The notes beneath the pieces were generated by a model. It saw nothing but the letters and a program-made list of their open reading frames with translations. It was not told the origin of the DNA and made no database searches. The position numbers were made by a program, and so were the translations under genes. This document shows positions 1-14,164 of a DNA stretch of 64,000 bases, piece by piece; the first letter of the stretch is position 1, and each line of letters starts with the position of its first letter. The DNA comes from Vicugna vicugna (Eukaryota): the NCBI GenBank assembly GCA_013265495.1, contig MU058463.1, positions 3,455,037 through 3,519,036 of the forward strand, in the 5' to 3' direction.

Positions 1-1042
1 AGGGGAAAAAATGGCATGTATGTTTGAGAAAGGGTTGTGGGGGATACTTTGATCTTTGTGGCGGGAGAAATCGCCATACGGCATGCCTTTAAATGACCTG
101 TCATGAATCTCTGAAAATCCTAATCCAAATAGCCCTATCTTAAGGAATTCTAGAGATTTCTGAGGTTTAAAGATATGATTTGGATTAGGATCTAGGAGGT
201 CCTAGAAGGAAACACTCCCAGAAATGGGGGATAAATAGAAGAAATTCTAAACTCTTGCATTGTAACCAGTCCTTATAAACTCTGAGGGTTTCCTTGGAGT
301 AGCACAGGCTGAAATGGGTCCCTTAAATGCAGTCACAGCTCCATTACAGCCAGAAGTGAACCATTTAGGGAGTCGTACAGACCAAGTCTTCCCATTCCAC
401 TTGGGTAGAGGAATCTCAATTCAATTCATCAAACTTCAGAAACTTTAGAGTACAAGATGTGAGGAATTTTAAAATAAGTGAAATAAGATCCTTTGAAAAG
501 GGAGATTACATCTAGTGTTGCTAGACTTGCACAGGGTTTTGTGTAAGGTCTGTTTAGGGAGGTCCCAGGAAACCCGACGTGGTCAGCCCAGTTAGAAATT
601 CTCCTAAGTCAGCCAGTAGACGAAGTGCTTAAAGAAGGTGGAATTGAAGACATTTTGCCTCCAGACCAGATGTAAATCAGCTCTTCCAGGACCATCTAAC
701 TTTCTCTGTCTGGCCAAATTATTACATTCACTAAGCCACAGAATATCCTGCTTCTTAAGGGGAAAGACAGCTTTTCCTTTCATTTCAAGTTCTTTTATGA
801 TTTCCCTAGGAAGTTACATCCTTTTGCCTGAAACTTGTCTGTTAAAGCTGTGTTTCTATTTCTGAAGTAAACAAACTAATGAGTCATTACAAATCTGGCC
901 ATCTAGTCATCTGTATTGGTCACGAACAAATCCATCACATAGAATTAGGCCCCATCGTAGGTTTGCCATCAGTGAATCCTACATGGTGACCTTTGGCTTA
1001 TTTTTATAGTGTACAAAAATATGTGTCATTTGAGATGTAAGA

Positions 1043-1260
1043 TAACAGTAACGGCTACCATTTATTATGTACTGGGTACTTGGTTTCATTCATTAAATCA
1101 CTGCAACAAACCTATGGAGTAAGTATTGTTATCACCCCTGTCTTTATTGGGAAACTACATTTGGGGAGGTGAAGAAGTAACTTGCTTGATGTCACATCAC
1201 TACGAAGTAATGAAACTAGGACTTGAACCCGGGCCGTCTGGTCCTGGAACCTGTTGTCCC
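1043..1260 (-). mobile_element. MIR SINE fragment
   Basis: MIR-like core: caacaaacctatggagtaagtattgttatcacc...gaagtaacttgc...gtcaca...ggacttgaacccgggccgtctg. Boundaries approximate. Confidence 0.7.
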
Positions 1261-2534
1261 CCTTATCACCCTACACAGCGTGCTCTTCTCCAACCTGGAG
1301 TATTGTGAGGACCTCATCTGAATGAGTGGTAGAATTGTGTGACACACTACCACACAGTAGGATACTTGGTAAGCATTTTCAGTTTTAATTTGAGTCATCT
1401 GAAGATTTCTATCTCCTGAAATCCCCTTCAGATGATCTGTAATGTATAATATTGGTAATATCACTGTTTGTCATTCTAAAGGCTTTATTTACAAAAACAG
1501 CTAATCCAGGACTAGTTAAAAGCCATTTATTCCTGTAAATAATTGTGACACCTTATAAGTCTAAAAAATGCACTTAGAATCTCAGAGTATTATACTTTAC
1601 ACAAAGTAAGTTAAGTGCATTATGAATGCCATTTAAATTTATCCTAAAGTGGAGACTTGAATCTCTAAACCAGTGATTTCTAATTTTGTTTTGGTAGGAT
1701 GTTAACAATTCACTTGAGAATCCAGTTACTTATATATGTTATATATCACATATAATTAATATATAAAAAAGGTAATTAATGCATACATTATAATTAATAT
1801 ATAATATAATATACATATATGTACATGCACACATTCACAATTTCTGAGAGTTCATAGAATCCCCCAACTCATCTGTTGGGATACCCAGGGGCCTGAAAAC
1901 ATCAACATGAATCTATCACTTTAATCTAAAGTTCAGTAAATCTAGCATTTTATAAAGCTGACAAACCACAAAATGTTATAGATCTTGTTGGAAGTCATAG
2001 TCCTTGATGCAGCTGTAGATGGGCTGGGTCTTCCCAGGGAAGGGCTGCTGTGAAGGGCTGACAAACCTTAGGGAACATGTCTGCTCTGCCTCGGCTCCCC
2101 TGGGAACTGGTTCTCTGGAAACTTCTAGACAGAGTCAGTCATTTCACCAGGGCTCCTGTGTCAGGGAGGGAATCCTATGTTGAAGGCCAGAGAGGTGTTG
2201 TAGGAGACTTAGCAAATGTAAGGTCTTGAAGAGCTTCAGATAATTGTGTAAACATGCTGGAAATAAAAGCCTTGTTTCTCCTTCTTAGCAGCACACACTA
2301 GGGCTGTTCCACACTGTGTTACGTAACACCATCCAGACGAGAAATGAAAATGCAGTCATCCAAAGAGGATATTTTAATATATATATGTGTATCCATATGC
2401 ATATATAAATACATTAAATATCATAAATATATAGATACATAAGCAGATAGGTGAATATCACTGGTCACAATGTCTGGAACAAGGTAAGCAAATAATAAAT
2501 GTTATTAGAGTGTGTGTGTGAATAAGAATGGAAA

Positions 2535-2715
2535 TTTGGGGTTTCTTTTTCAACTTTTGCCATTACAAACATGACTACAAATGACATCTTTGTACATATA
2601 GGTTTGCACACATGTTTGACTATATCTGAAGAATGAATTTCTAGAATTAGAATTATTGAATCAAAGGATATGCACATTTGTAATTTTGATAGATATTGTC
2701 ATATTGTACCCCAAA
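2535..2715 (-). mobile_element. Old L1 (L1ME-like) fragment
   Basis: tttcaacttttgccattacaaac...ttctagaattagaattattgaatcaaaggatatgcacattt...ttttgatagatattg resembles the antisense 3' region of ancient L1. Confidence 0.6.
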
Positions 2716-5700
2716 GTTATTGTTGTAGTCTTAGTATGAGTCACTGTTTTATGTAACATTCCCATATATATGTATTAATGTCTATCTCTAATATATACAC
2801 AGGCCGCCATGCCAGCATTTACATGGCCTAGGTATGCACCTGCCACAAAAGCCAGTGTTTAAGCATCCGATGTGAGAATGCCCTCTCTGCCTATCCACAA
2901 GCTACTTACTGTGTCCTGCAGATTTAGACTAAAATGAATGGAATAATCCAGATGCTTGTTGCCTAGGAGAGCCTGACTACTAAGTTGCCCAGCACCAATG
3001 TCAAAGCTGTGTCGGAAGCAAAAGAGCTGGGTGTACTTGTGGATGCTGGGAAGGTTTTTAGGTTGTTGGTGGTTGGTTGGTTAGCTGGTTTGGCTTGGTT
3101 TAGTTTAGCAGTGATATTTAACAAGCCTGGATTGCAGATTGAAGTTAAACTTTCTTTAAGTTCCTTTAACATCTTAGGAGGTTAAAAATTCTTGAGCAAA
3201 TAATGAATTTTTAACTTATAACAAGTTTACTCTCTTTGTGATAACTGAGTTAATACATATAGTTAATATAAATGTAAATATAATGTAATATAACTATAAT
3301 AAATAATGTAAATTTAGCCTCCTTAATGGGTAAGCAAATTGTGTATTAAAACAAATCTCCTTGTAAAGTGATAAGACAGATATCTATATGGACATTAGTT
3401 TGATAAGGATCCAAGTATAATCAGACATCCTGGGGTGGTGGAGAGCTTTCTAAAAATTAAGCTGGTGACCTGCTGGAGTGTCTGTAGATGATTTTGCAGT
3501 TAAGACTCTGTAGGTTGCCCTTTGGAGGCAAAGAGGCTGCCTTCATAGCCTGAGAGGCAAACCACTGATCTTTAACATTTAACTACTTAGGGTGGGGTAT
3601 GTGTAACATTAAAATGCTGGTATGTCAAAATGGGAATTGCTTCACTGAACCCTCAAATGAGTTTGGAGTGAAGTGACCTTGACCTTGTCAGGGAGTCAGA
3701 CATTTCTGCTTGTGACACAATCAAAGCTATCTTTCTGAACAAAATCACCTTCCTCACCATCCAATCTTAGACTACTTCTAGTACTTAACAAGTCTGTGTA
3801 TAATTAACTAGTTTCATAGTTAGAAGTAAACCTTAATGGAACGCAATCAAATTTAACTTTGGAAGGTATAATTTTCTGATTAGTAAATGGAAGTTTATGC
3901 ATACAGAGCACTACAAGAAGTAAAAGTGTCATTGGGTAGGGGAGTCTAATTTTGCCCGAGATAATAACACTGTTTATATTTCCAGTTAAGGAACTGAGAT
4001 ATTTTAGTAATGTTTGGAGATATCTTAGGAGAAGAAGCATTTTGAAGTCAAAACAGAACCTAGATACCTTTGAGATTCATTGATTTAAAGTGAAAAAAAA
4101 AATTAAGGAGCACCAATTAAAGTATTAACATTTTAAAAGTATTAATAAAGAGTAAGACTGTGAGCTTTGAATGACCTCAGATCAATTAATAAATAAAACT
4201 AACACCCCAACACCCACCTAGCACAGCACCTGCAACAGTCAATTCCAGACAAATGATTGTTGATACAAACGTTATACTCATATATGTGTAACTGTCTAGA
4301 TGAAAAAGAAGGGGGAAAGTTTGTTCTTTTTTCTATATATATGAGGATATTGGCCATAACTGAATAATAGGTCAATAGCAGATGTCAAATAACCCAGAAA
4401 CTCAAGACTTCCTATAGCTGATTCACTGCTTCATATGTTGACCATGGATTCCTGTGACAAATGGTTGGCAAACGCTTGGCCTTGGGCAATGAAAGGCTCT
4501 CTGGGTTTACTCTTTGGTACTCCTTGTGTTTGCCTTTGATCTGCCACTGGGTCACTCCATAAATCCAAGGCTCTTAAAATGTTGAGACAAGGTTTCTTTC
4601 AGTATGGTAAGGCTTATCTATCAAAGACTTTAAACTTTTTTCTTTGCTCATTTTAAATGAGTTGCTCAAGAATGAAGGTAGTTCCATAACTGTACAAGAG
4701 GAAGAGACAGCCAAGACCCTGTTGTTTCAAAGCCAGGGAGCCATGCTCTTCATTTTCCAGAGAAAACCATATACGGTTATCACTGTGTGGCGAATATGCT
4801 GTCGTTGATTAGTTTTAGAGAAACATGCCATATTCTCATAAATGATTAAGTGCTTCAAAAGGTGTTGACAGATTAAAGCCTGAACTGAAGTAAGATTCTA
4901 GATGTAATTTATGGTATGAAACATTTTCTTTCAGGGCTCTGCAAAGTTAAGAAGAGGTCGGTTATGTTTGGGAGGTAGCTCAGCACAGTGTGTGGAAAGA
5001 CCTTCGCCGGCCACATCTCTCACTAAAGACGTTTCTTCTTTTCCAATGCTTTTATTTTAGAGATTTGTTATTTCTCTTTCCCTATAGAGCCTCTGGCAGA
5101 AAAGGAAAGGATCAAGAAAATGGCCAAAATGTAGCGGGAGAAGAGACAGAGAATGAGGATGTTTCTTGAGTCAGAAATATATTAGCGAGGTTGACCAGAG
5201 GCATTACTCAAGCAGTTTTCTGTCCCTGAGACTCATAGCCGGGCTCATGCCTCCTGAGTTGTGTTCCCTCGCTGCTTCTCTCCTCCGTAGCTTCATCATA
5301 GTTTCCAGAAAGGAGGAAAGCCATTCTCTGGATGTTTACATTGTAGATATCTTCCTCCCCCTCACACAGCATTTTCAAATTATATTAAAGGGCTTTTGAA
5401 TCCCATAGTAATCAAATATTTCTCATAATAGCTTATCGGTGTCCCAAAAGATATTTTCTGGACAGAATTAGGTTTAAGTAAGACGTGAAATTACTTAACA
5501 AGATTTGTTGAATTCATTAAGTTTGAGGGTCACTTTCTGAGCTACACGGCCATCAGGTTATAATTCTTTAGTTTTTTCAAGTGTCACGGTGATCTTAGAA
5601 GATCCAGCTCAGATAAGTGAATCTAACAATACAGCTAGGTTTGAGAATAGCCTTTCTTAATGCTCTTAGTTGAATCTTTTCAACATATGTGACATATCAA

Positions 5701-6028
5701 TGAAAGCTTTTAAGCACAAACTGTGGATACATTTTTAAGTTCGGCTAATAGGAGAGTAGCAATCCATTTATTTATTGGCCTGCTATAGACTTGGAAATAA
5801 ATTTTATTGTAACGTGACTAGGGATATTTATTTAAGGTGACTGTAAATTTTTCCTAAGACATATTTATTTTTTATCATTTTTCCATCTCTTTGCTTCTCC
5901 TAGAGATTTTTGTTTCCAGAAAGTTAATTCATTTTAATGAAGTCATTGTTCTATTTCAGCAAGTCATAGGAATCTTTCCAGAGCATTGGAAAGCCTTTTG
6001 TGGATGTGCACACAACAGATTCCTAGGA

Positions 6029-6098
6029 CAGGGTCACTGCCTTGCACAACTCCAGGGGGCACTGTTCACATTGTGGTCTATTTAAATGGCACCCCTGG
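6029..6098. mobile_element. MER91-like (hAT-Tip100) palindromic DNA-transposon relic
   Basis: tgcacaactccagggggcactgttcacat-tgtggtct-atttaaatggcacccctgg is an imperfect inverted repeat matching the MER91 core as I recall it. Confidence 0.65.
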
Positions 6099-7059
6099 GA
6101 GATAAGCTGATCAACATATTTCTAACCTGCAGGGCCTGATCTTTAAGTGATAAAGTACATTTTAATGGATGCAGGCTGGAGTTTGTAATTGATATTTGTC
6201 CCCAAGGGAACGGGTACAATGTTATGTCAAGAAAATATTTTCTATGCATTTTACCAGCAGCTGAGTTTAAATTCTCACCATGTGTATGAATAAAATAAAA
6301 TTAAAAAAAGAAAGAAAGGGAGATCTGACATGGGAAATCCTTGAATGAGGGTGTCCTATCTTATTAAAACGCCAGTTCAAATGCAGAAAAACTCTTATCT
6401 GCTACAGGAAACAGAGATAAAAGCAGAAGAATACACCCTTCCCCAAACTGGTGAAACACAACCACTCCATTATTTCCTTCTTTTGACTCTTATCGTAAAA
6501 ACATTTCTATACTACCAGTCATTTGAAAGAAATGTTCACAGTATATCATGCGATGGGACAGCAATCTGGCAGAGTAACCCTGGTTGTCATTTTTAACGCG
6601 TTGCTCACCTACCTTCTTAAAGACCATCTCTGACAGTGTCTCTGAGCTTACTATGTCTATCTCCCCCAAGTTTACAACCAAAGCTCCTCACAGAATCCCA
6701 TTAGATAGTGGGAGCCAGTGGGTTCTGTTTTATATCAGTCATTTCCCTGACAGGTTTGAGTAGGAATGGGGAGGGGAGGAATTTTGCTTTTCACCCTTTC
6801 CAGCCTGCTTGGAAGGCAGAATCCAACAAGAGAAGAGCTCATGCCTTAATTCCGGAGGCCCTGGCTCTATGTGTCAAGAAGACCTGATCGTCTGAAGGGA
6901 GGAGGACATGAACTAGACAATACAAAAGTAAATAAACAAATAAGATGCACAGTCATCTCCATTCTCTAAATAATTTGTTTCAAATGTGAGAACTGAAAAG
7001 CTCATGATGGAAGTTCTTATCCCAAGATTTCTACCTTGTGATCAAATTCATTCTTTCAT

Positions 7060-7140
7060 CCATTAACTGATTCATTCACTGTTATTCAGCAACATTTAAT
7101 GAGTGGTCACTCTGTGCCAGGCACTGTGCTAGGCATTAAA
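7060..7140 (-). mobile_element. L2 3' end
   Basis: ttcattcac...cagcaacatttaatgagtggtcactctgtgccaggcactgtgctaggc, typical antisense L2 tail. Confidence 0.7.
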
Positions 7141-9094
7141 AATGTAGAATATTCTGAAGCAAATAAATAGCTAAGGCTCAGTGAGAATATACTGCTGATT
7201 TTAAAAAGTAGGAAAAGAAAATGATATATATAGTTAATGAAGCAATTAAACATTTGTTAGTTGCAAGATGGTTAACTTTGGCATTTCCTGACTTCATTGG
7301 GCTAGATTCCTTTGGGCATTAAGAGTGGTGTGTATTAACAGGATTTTCTCCATTTAATTTCTCAAGAATGTAATTTTTAATTAAAAAGAGAACTGAAAAA
7401 TGTAAATCCCCTAGTTGGAGAGGTTTTGTAAGATTCATTTAACAATATCTTTAAAGAAAGGATCTTATTTTCTGTTCATGTATTTATCCTTTTATGTTTT
7501 TAAGCCACATACTGTAAAAATAATTTGAAAAGATGATAGAAAAATAATTTATTTGGATTCTGTTGCCTTTTTCCTTTCTCAAACAGTGGTTCCAATGTAA
7601 AGTTATAGAATCACGGCCATCCTTGAGTTTGAAACCTTAATAGTCAACGTGGTCATGTCTTTTTTCAGTCCAGTGATTATTTATTTATTTGTGTTTATTC
7701 ATACAAAAGAAACATGCTAGGAAAGCAGGGTGAGCCTTAGGGGAAAGGGGCCAGCACGAGGATAGGCTATCATTTGTCAAATGGACACCACATTGCTCCT
7801 AGGACTAACACTAACAAAAGCTCTTCCCTGGATGAGCCATCACCATGTGAAAACCAGTGTCAGTTACAGAAGTATTTTCTGACTGGCTCGTATTTGATAA
7901 ATGGTAGGTAATAATATATTCAAACTTAATTTGGAACAGGACCTAAAAATTTAATTTGTGTGGCAGGGACCTAGAAACAATATTAAACTCTAGCATAGTT
8001 TTGCCATCAGAGAGATTTGATTACATGCATGATTTGCCTTCAGTATTCAGACCCTGCCCTTAAGTTATCTATCTGAATGGGGTAAAGTCCAAAGAAAAAA
8101 CTACAAATAAGGAATAAGAATGTGTTATTGCTCGGTTTAGAGTTAGCGTGGCTTCCTCTCACAGTAAAGAGAATTAATTTGCTCTACAAAGAGGAAAGCT
8201 GTATTGTTGGACTTCAAGTTATAGGTGTTCAGCGTCATTATTTTTGTCAACAAGTAGTGAAATAATTAATTTCCAGGAATTATAAAAATCTCTAACAACA
8301 TTCTTTCATCAACTTTTAATGATGGCATCTTGGTTGAGAGTGATTTTTTTCTTCTTTTTAAGATCACAGCTTTATCTTCACCCAGGGCTTGGTTTGTCAG
8401 TAAACAAGAGACTGATGTCTTTAAATAAGCTCCAAGTCCTAAATTCCCCGAGACTTTCTTGCTAGAGGCCATTAAGAGAGATGAGCATCAGTGGCTGGCT
8501 TGTTCTCTGTCACATGGTGTCAGGCTTCGAGATGTCTCTGCAAAGCCTTCTGATCAGAGAAGCAGAGGTTGCCAAAGTCATCCTTCTGACTACAAAATCA
8601 GAGAAGTGACAGTGGGCACTCCGTTCCCCACCTTCTATGGCCTGAAATAACGAAGGGTTCCTTTGCAGTCTCTTTCCCTTTGGAAAGAAGGGTAGATTAG
8701 AAAATTGTCATCTCTCCGTTGTGATTGGGTTTCTATCTCTGTTGAACTTGAAGAGAAATGCTACAATTTTCAGTTTGTGTTTCCTTGTCCTCTGTGATAA
8801 TTTGGGTCAGAGGTTGGGCTGCAGGCCTCCCGGTGGTATGAAGAGCAATCATCCGATTTTTAGGCCGAGCCAAGAACAATAGTAACCTCAACCAGGGCCT
8901 GGATTCAGGGCAGAGCCCATTTCCATTGGCCAGGCTTCTTTCCCTTCAGTGACCTGGACACTCATTCATCTTGATTCATTTGATGGCTGTCCTTAGTGAT
9001 ACTAATATTTGCACATTTGGAAATAGTTTGAGACAATAAAATACTTGAAACTATCCACATTTTTCGACATTAGATGAATAAAGTAGCTAGATGG

Positions 9095-9150
9095 TTAGAA
9101 GAATAGCATAGAGGATGCTCAATAAATGTGTGTTGAATGAATGAATAAAC
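9095..9150 (+). mobile_element. L2 3' end
   Basis: gatgctcaataaatgtgtgttgaatgaatgaataaa, the L2 terminal (TGAA)n motif. Confidence 0.65.
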
Positions 9151-10029
9151 AAGCAGAGTTATGAGTCAGTTGATTAATCCAGAGGTCACAAATTAGAGGC
9201 TACTCTGACCCATAAAAATATTTTGTTGATACAATGTAACCTGACAATGTTTTTTTTTTAATATATGAATTAGTTGATTATTTTTATAAATTGTGAGATT
9301 TAACATAAAAATTCCAATTTTGGCTAAAAATCAAGATATTTCTGTATTTGGGATCTCTTGGCAAAAATCGTGTCATGTTTATTAGCAGCTGCTCCTTTTA
9401 CACAAGATTTACTCCAAGCACCACCACTCCCTATTATTTCCTGACACCACTGACTTTCCCACACCTGGCTTCCTCCACTCTTCTGTTATCTGCCTGGCCT
9501 TGTAGGCTTTCAGAAAATAAGCTTATCTGTGGTAACTTTGCCAACATTCGTTCACAATGTTTCACGTCTAACTTAGAAATGAAATCGGTCCCATGTTGGA
9601 GCTGCAAGTCACATTTATACTGAGACCCCTGTTTCAGCTTTGGGTGCCGGTGTAGGTACAGAAGCGATCACCCAGCATGACAAACCACAAAGGACCTTCG
9701 CTGGTGAAAGAACGGAAAGACTCCATTGTGTTTCAAAATAGTTTTCACTTTGGGAAAGTTATTTTTTAAAACATTCAAAAAAAAAAAAACCACATAGATA
9801 TGAAATGCTTTATTTTCAAAACCTCATAAACATTCGATCCAGATGTTTACCTCAAGTGGTTCAGTGGCCAGGGTGGGGAACACCCACTAGTCCCAAAAAA
9901 GAAAATCACCGAATTTAACAATGGATGGTTGAATAGTCTGAAGTCAGATAAACAGAAGTGTATGTCTAGTAGCAAGAACTATGTCCTTTTGCTCCCTGTG
10001 TGGCCGGTGTCTGTGTATTTTAGGGGCTT

Positions 10030-10390
10030 GAGTATTTATCAAGCACCTGCTACGTGTCAGAAGCTGTACTAGGTAACTGCTGATGTCATCTTCTGTCTAA
10101 TGTGCTAGGGGTTCCAGACAGCAAAAACCAAACAAAACAAACAAGTAAGCTGTAATACATGCAATAGGAGTTGATAAGGGAGATGGGAAGGTCTGAACAG
10201 TTCCTATATTTAATAATACCGTGGTATGCGTAGGTCATACTGAAAAGATGAGATCTGAGTAATCTCTGAAGGAGGTAAGGGAGTTAGCCAAGTGGATCTG
10301 TGGGGAAAGACCCTTCCAGGATCAGGGAAGATCTGGAGTGAAGCCCTAAGGAAGGAGTCTGCCTGGTGTGTTCAAGGAGCAGTGTGCTGA
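10030..10390 (-). mobile_element. L2 fragment
   Basis: gtatttatcaagcacctgctacgtgtcag...tgaaggaggtaagggagttagccaagtggatctgtggggaaaga...gcctggtgtgttcaaggagcag. Confidence 0.6.
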
Positions 10391-10873
10391 GTACTGCGCG
10401 GTCAAGTCCATTGACTACAGTGAAAAGTCCGTCCACGAATACACACACCATTCCCCCTAGAAGTCTGGTCTCTCTAGCGAAGGAATATTTATCACGTATT
10501 TTTAATGAAGCTTTATTTCGATTTGGCCACAGCCTGACCGTTTGAGACTCCATTCTGTTTTCTGGACTGCAGGCTCAGTGTTGTAAGGAGAGCTTACACC
10601 CCATCTGGCCCTGCGGTGGAGGAGAGCTTGACTGCTGCTGTCTACGCGTAACTGATTCTCCTGAACCAGCTGCCCTTCCATTATTCCCAAGCCTCTCTCC
10701 TGTTCCAGATATCAAATACGGGGGTTTTTCAAAGGAGTAGTCCACAAGGGAAAGAATAAGAACTGGAGTTTGTTAGTTTACTCTACACATTCACTCCTCT
10801 CCACTAAAGAACACAGTTCAGAGGGCACTCTATGAAAATCTCCCTAAACAGACTTCATGTCTCCTCCATGCAG

Positions 10874-10986
10874 CTGCTCGCGAAGGACTGGCCCTTTGGA
10901 GTTGAGATGTGTAAGCTGGTGCCTTTCATCCAGAAGGCCTCCGTGGGAATCACTGTGCTGAGTCTATGTGCTCTAAGTATTGACAG
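10874..10986 (+). CDS. EDNRB: Endothelin receptor type B, coding exon 2 (ECL1-TM3)
   Basis: 113 nt, cag|CTG...GACAG|gtaag. Translates [37 protein letters not shown](R), the ETB TM3 leading into the DRY motif. Confidence 0.98.
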
Positions 10987-11122
10987 GTAAGGGCGTACAT
11001 CTAAGCCTGGTATATCCTGGAACCCTAGCCAAGTGATCACCGCGTTACTTACAATATAAACTACACAGTTCAGTAAAACCAGGCTCTACCGGCTTGGCAA
11101 ACAATCCAACTTTGCTCTTCAG

Positions 11123-11327
11123 ATATCGAGCTGTTGCTTCTTGGAGTCGAATTAAAGGAATCGGGGTTCCGAAATGGACAGCAGTAGAAATTGTTTTAAT
11201 TTGGGTGGTCTCCGTGGTTCTGGCTGTCCCTGAAGCCGTGGGCTTTGATATGATTACCATGGACTACAAAGGAAGTTCTCTGCGAATCTGCATGCTTCTT
11301 CCCACTCAGAAAACAGCCTTCATGCAG
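11123..11327 (+). CDS. EDNRB: Endothelin receptor type B, coding exon 3 (ICL2-TM4-ECL2)
   Basis: 205 nt, ttcag|ATAT...ATGCAG|gtaaa. (R)[68 protein letters not shown]. Phase matches exon 2 across a 136-nt intron. Confidence 0.98.
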
Positions 11328-12720
11328 GTAAAATTTTACTTTTGTTTTTTTCATTTCTGTTCTTGCCTTATAAATATTTAGCTATTTTCCCGCTGATCTC
11401 CTCTTCTTGAGAAGCTATTGATTTATGACTTTCCTTGGCATAAATTAAGAATATAGGTCCCAGGACTGCAGAGTTAACGGTGACTAATGACTCAAACTGC
11501 AAGACGCTGGGTCACTACCATTCCAAGAATCCTCTGGTGGTCAGGGATACAGATGAACCAAGTTTACATAAGAGAATTGATCAAATTGATAGTTTTTCCA
11601 CTCAAATTCCCATAAGGATTGGCAGCTACTACATATTCTGCATTAAACAACACAGCAGTCATCAGAGGGAGGGCAGGGATCAGTGAATGGTCGAGTAGAG
11701 GTCGCCCTGGTATGGATGGATGGGTAGGAATCCCTGTGACTCCATGAATCTTGGTATGAATGACAAGCCTGTCCTCTCTCCAAAGGGAAAGCTGCCATTG
11801 CAAAGAACTTCATCTTGACCATTTATTCAAGGGCATCTAATCAGGAAATAGGAAAAGAATGGTGATGCTGGTCATCAGAAGATAGCTGCTAAGTGTAAAA
11901 GGCTCTTCCTAACAGGACGGGTTTAAGAGGTGTTAATGCAAAGGGGGCTGGTCCAAGTGCCAGCTATGATTATTTTCTATTTTACACATAAGAACACTAC
12001 ACAGAACTTTATGAATATATGTATCAATCATGGTAAGCAAAAGAATGAAGAGGGGCATTAATGTGAAATTGAAAACAAGACTGCTGTTTTCTTATTAGTT
12101 ACAAGGGAAAAAGTCCTGCATGGATTACATGAAGTCTGCTCCAACAGATCTGGAACAACAATTTTTTAAAAAAGAACAGAAAAAGAATAAGAGAAAAGGC
12201 ATGTCATAAACAGCTTTGAGTTTTTAATTCCTAGGTTAGATTTATGTATTACTGAGCTAAGTGATTAAATAGACCTCGTCGTAGCTGTTTTCCACATGAA
12301 ACAAACTTGTCAAAAAATGAAAATCTCCCTTAAATTAACTCTAGGACATCTTACACATTCAGGTGTGTTATTTCTCACAAAGCATCCCTTAAGGATCACT
12401 GAATTGTGTGAAGACAAAACTATTTGAATTACCAAATATTTTAAGTCTTGCCCAACTGTTTACCTTTTTTTTAATATGTAATGATAGCACAATGCCTTAG
12501 GGAACTGAAACGCTTTTTAGGAAAAGTTTGTTTCCTGTACTTTAATTATTTTATTATTTATTCAGCAGACATGGCCTGAAAGATTCTACATAGTATTTAT
12601 AAAGCGGACCTACTTTAGAAGATAATTATCCTGGATAAAAAAAATTTTTTAACGTAACATTTGGTATATAAGATTTTCTTACAGAGGAATATTGAGTATA
12701 ACATTCTCTCTTCTCTGTAG

Positions 12721-12891
<171 letters not shown>

Positions 12892-13240
12892 TAACTCATG
12901 GTTACAATCCTGATTATAAATATGAAAATAATTATGATGACAATAAACTAAAATCATCACATACCAGAGCATACTTCTTTTTTCTTGTTCTGGTCTTCTT
13001 AAATATACAAAAAATATTTTTTATGTTCTCTGGAGGATATCCAGAGATAGTCTACATAATCTAAAAGGATGTAAAAAGAGCCATTACTTTTTAAAGATGA
13101 ATCTCTCATCATTTTGGTTCTAATTCACATTAGCTATTCAACTTAAAGCTCAGTGTCCTTCAGTTAAAAACTTGAAAAATTAAAAAAATAAATAGAGCTC
13201 AGTGCCCTGATTCTTTACAAATGCCACTGCCTTTTTGTAA

Positions 13241-13462
<222 letters not shown>

Positions 13463-13825
13463 TAAGAAAGGTAAAACAGAAATAGTTGTGTAAATAAATG
13501 CCATTCGGAAATTTTTCCATCAATTCCTCTCACTGGCGGGAAGAGAAAGAGTGTCATTTTTCTAATCCTTGGGAGCAATTAAGATGCTCATTTTTTACCT
13601 TCACTTCTATTTTCAATGGAGAAGTAAAGGGGACTTAGGAGAATGCTGGGGATGGGGAGGCAGTGAGTGGCACGATTGAAAACGTCAGGTCTGACTTTCC
13701 TTTGCACTTTGTACATCCTTTCTTTTCAGCCAGCCAAAGCACTGCCAAAAGAGATTTTATTTTAAAAGAGAGAATTGAGCATGGGAGGTGGGAGTGCAGT
13801 TGGGATGATGACAAGGACAGAAAAT

Positions 13826-13878
13826 GAGAGAGAGCGAGAGAGAGAGGCACAAAGAGAGACCAAGAGGCAGAGAGAGAT
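13826..13878. repeat. Interrupted (GA)n microsatellite in EDNRB intron 5
   Basis: gagagagagcgagagagagagg...gagagac...agagagaga read directly. Confidence 0.8.
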
Positions 13879-13978
13879 CATTACCAGCAAAGACTATTGA
13901 TAAAGTCAAAACCATTATAAATGGGTGATTTTATTTTCTTCACAAAAACACAGAAGTCTGCAAAGAATACATGCTTAG

Positions 13979-14164
<186 letters not shown>

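Larger units (their letters stand above)
1..10873 (+). other. EDNRB: 3' part of EDNRB intron 1 (exon 1 is outside the window)
   Basis: Ends in a pyrimidine-rich acceptor ...tctcctccatgcag directly before exon 2. No sequence encoding the EDNRB N-terminus/TM1-TM2 is visible in 1-10873. Confidence 0.9.
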
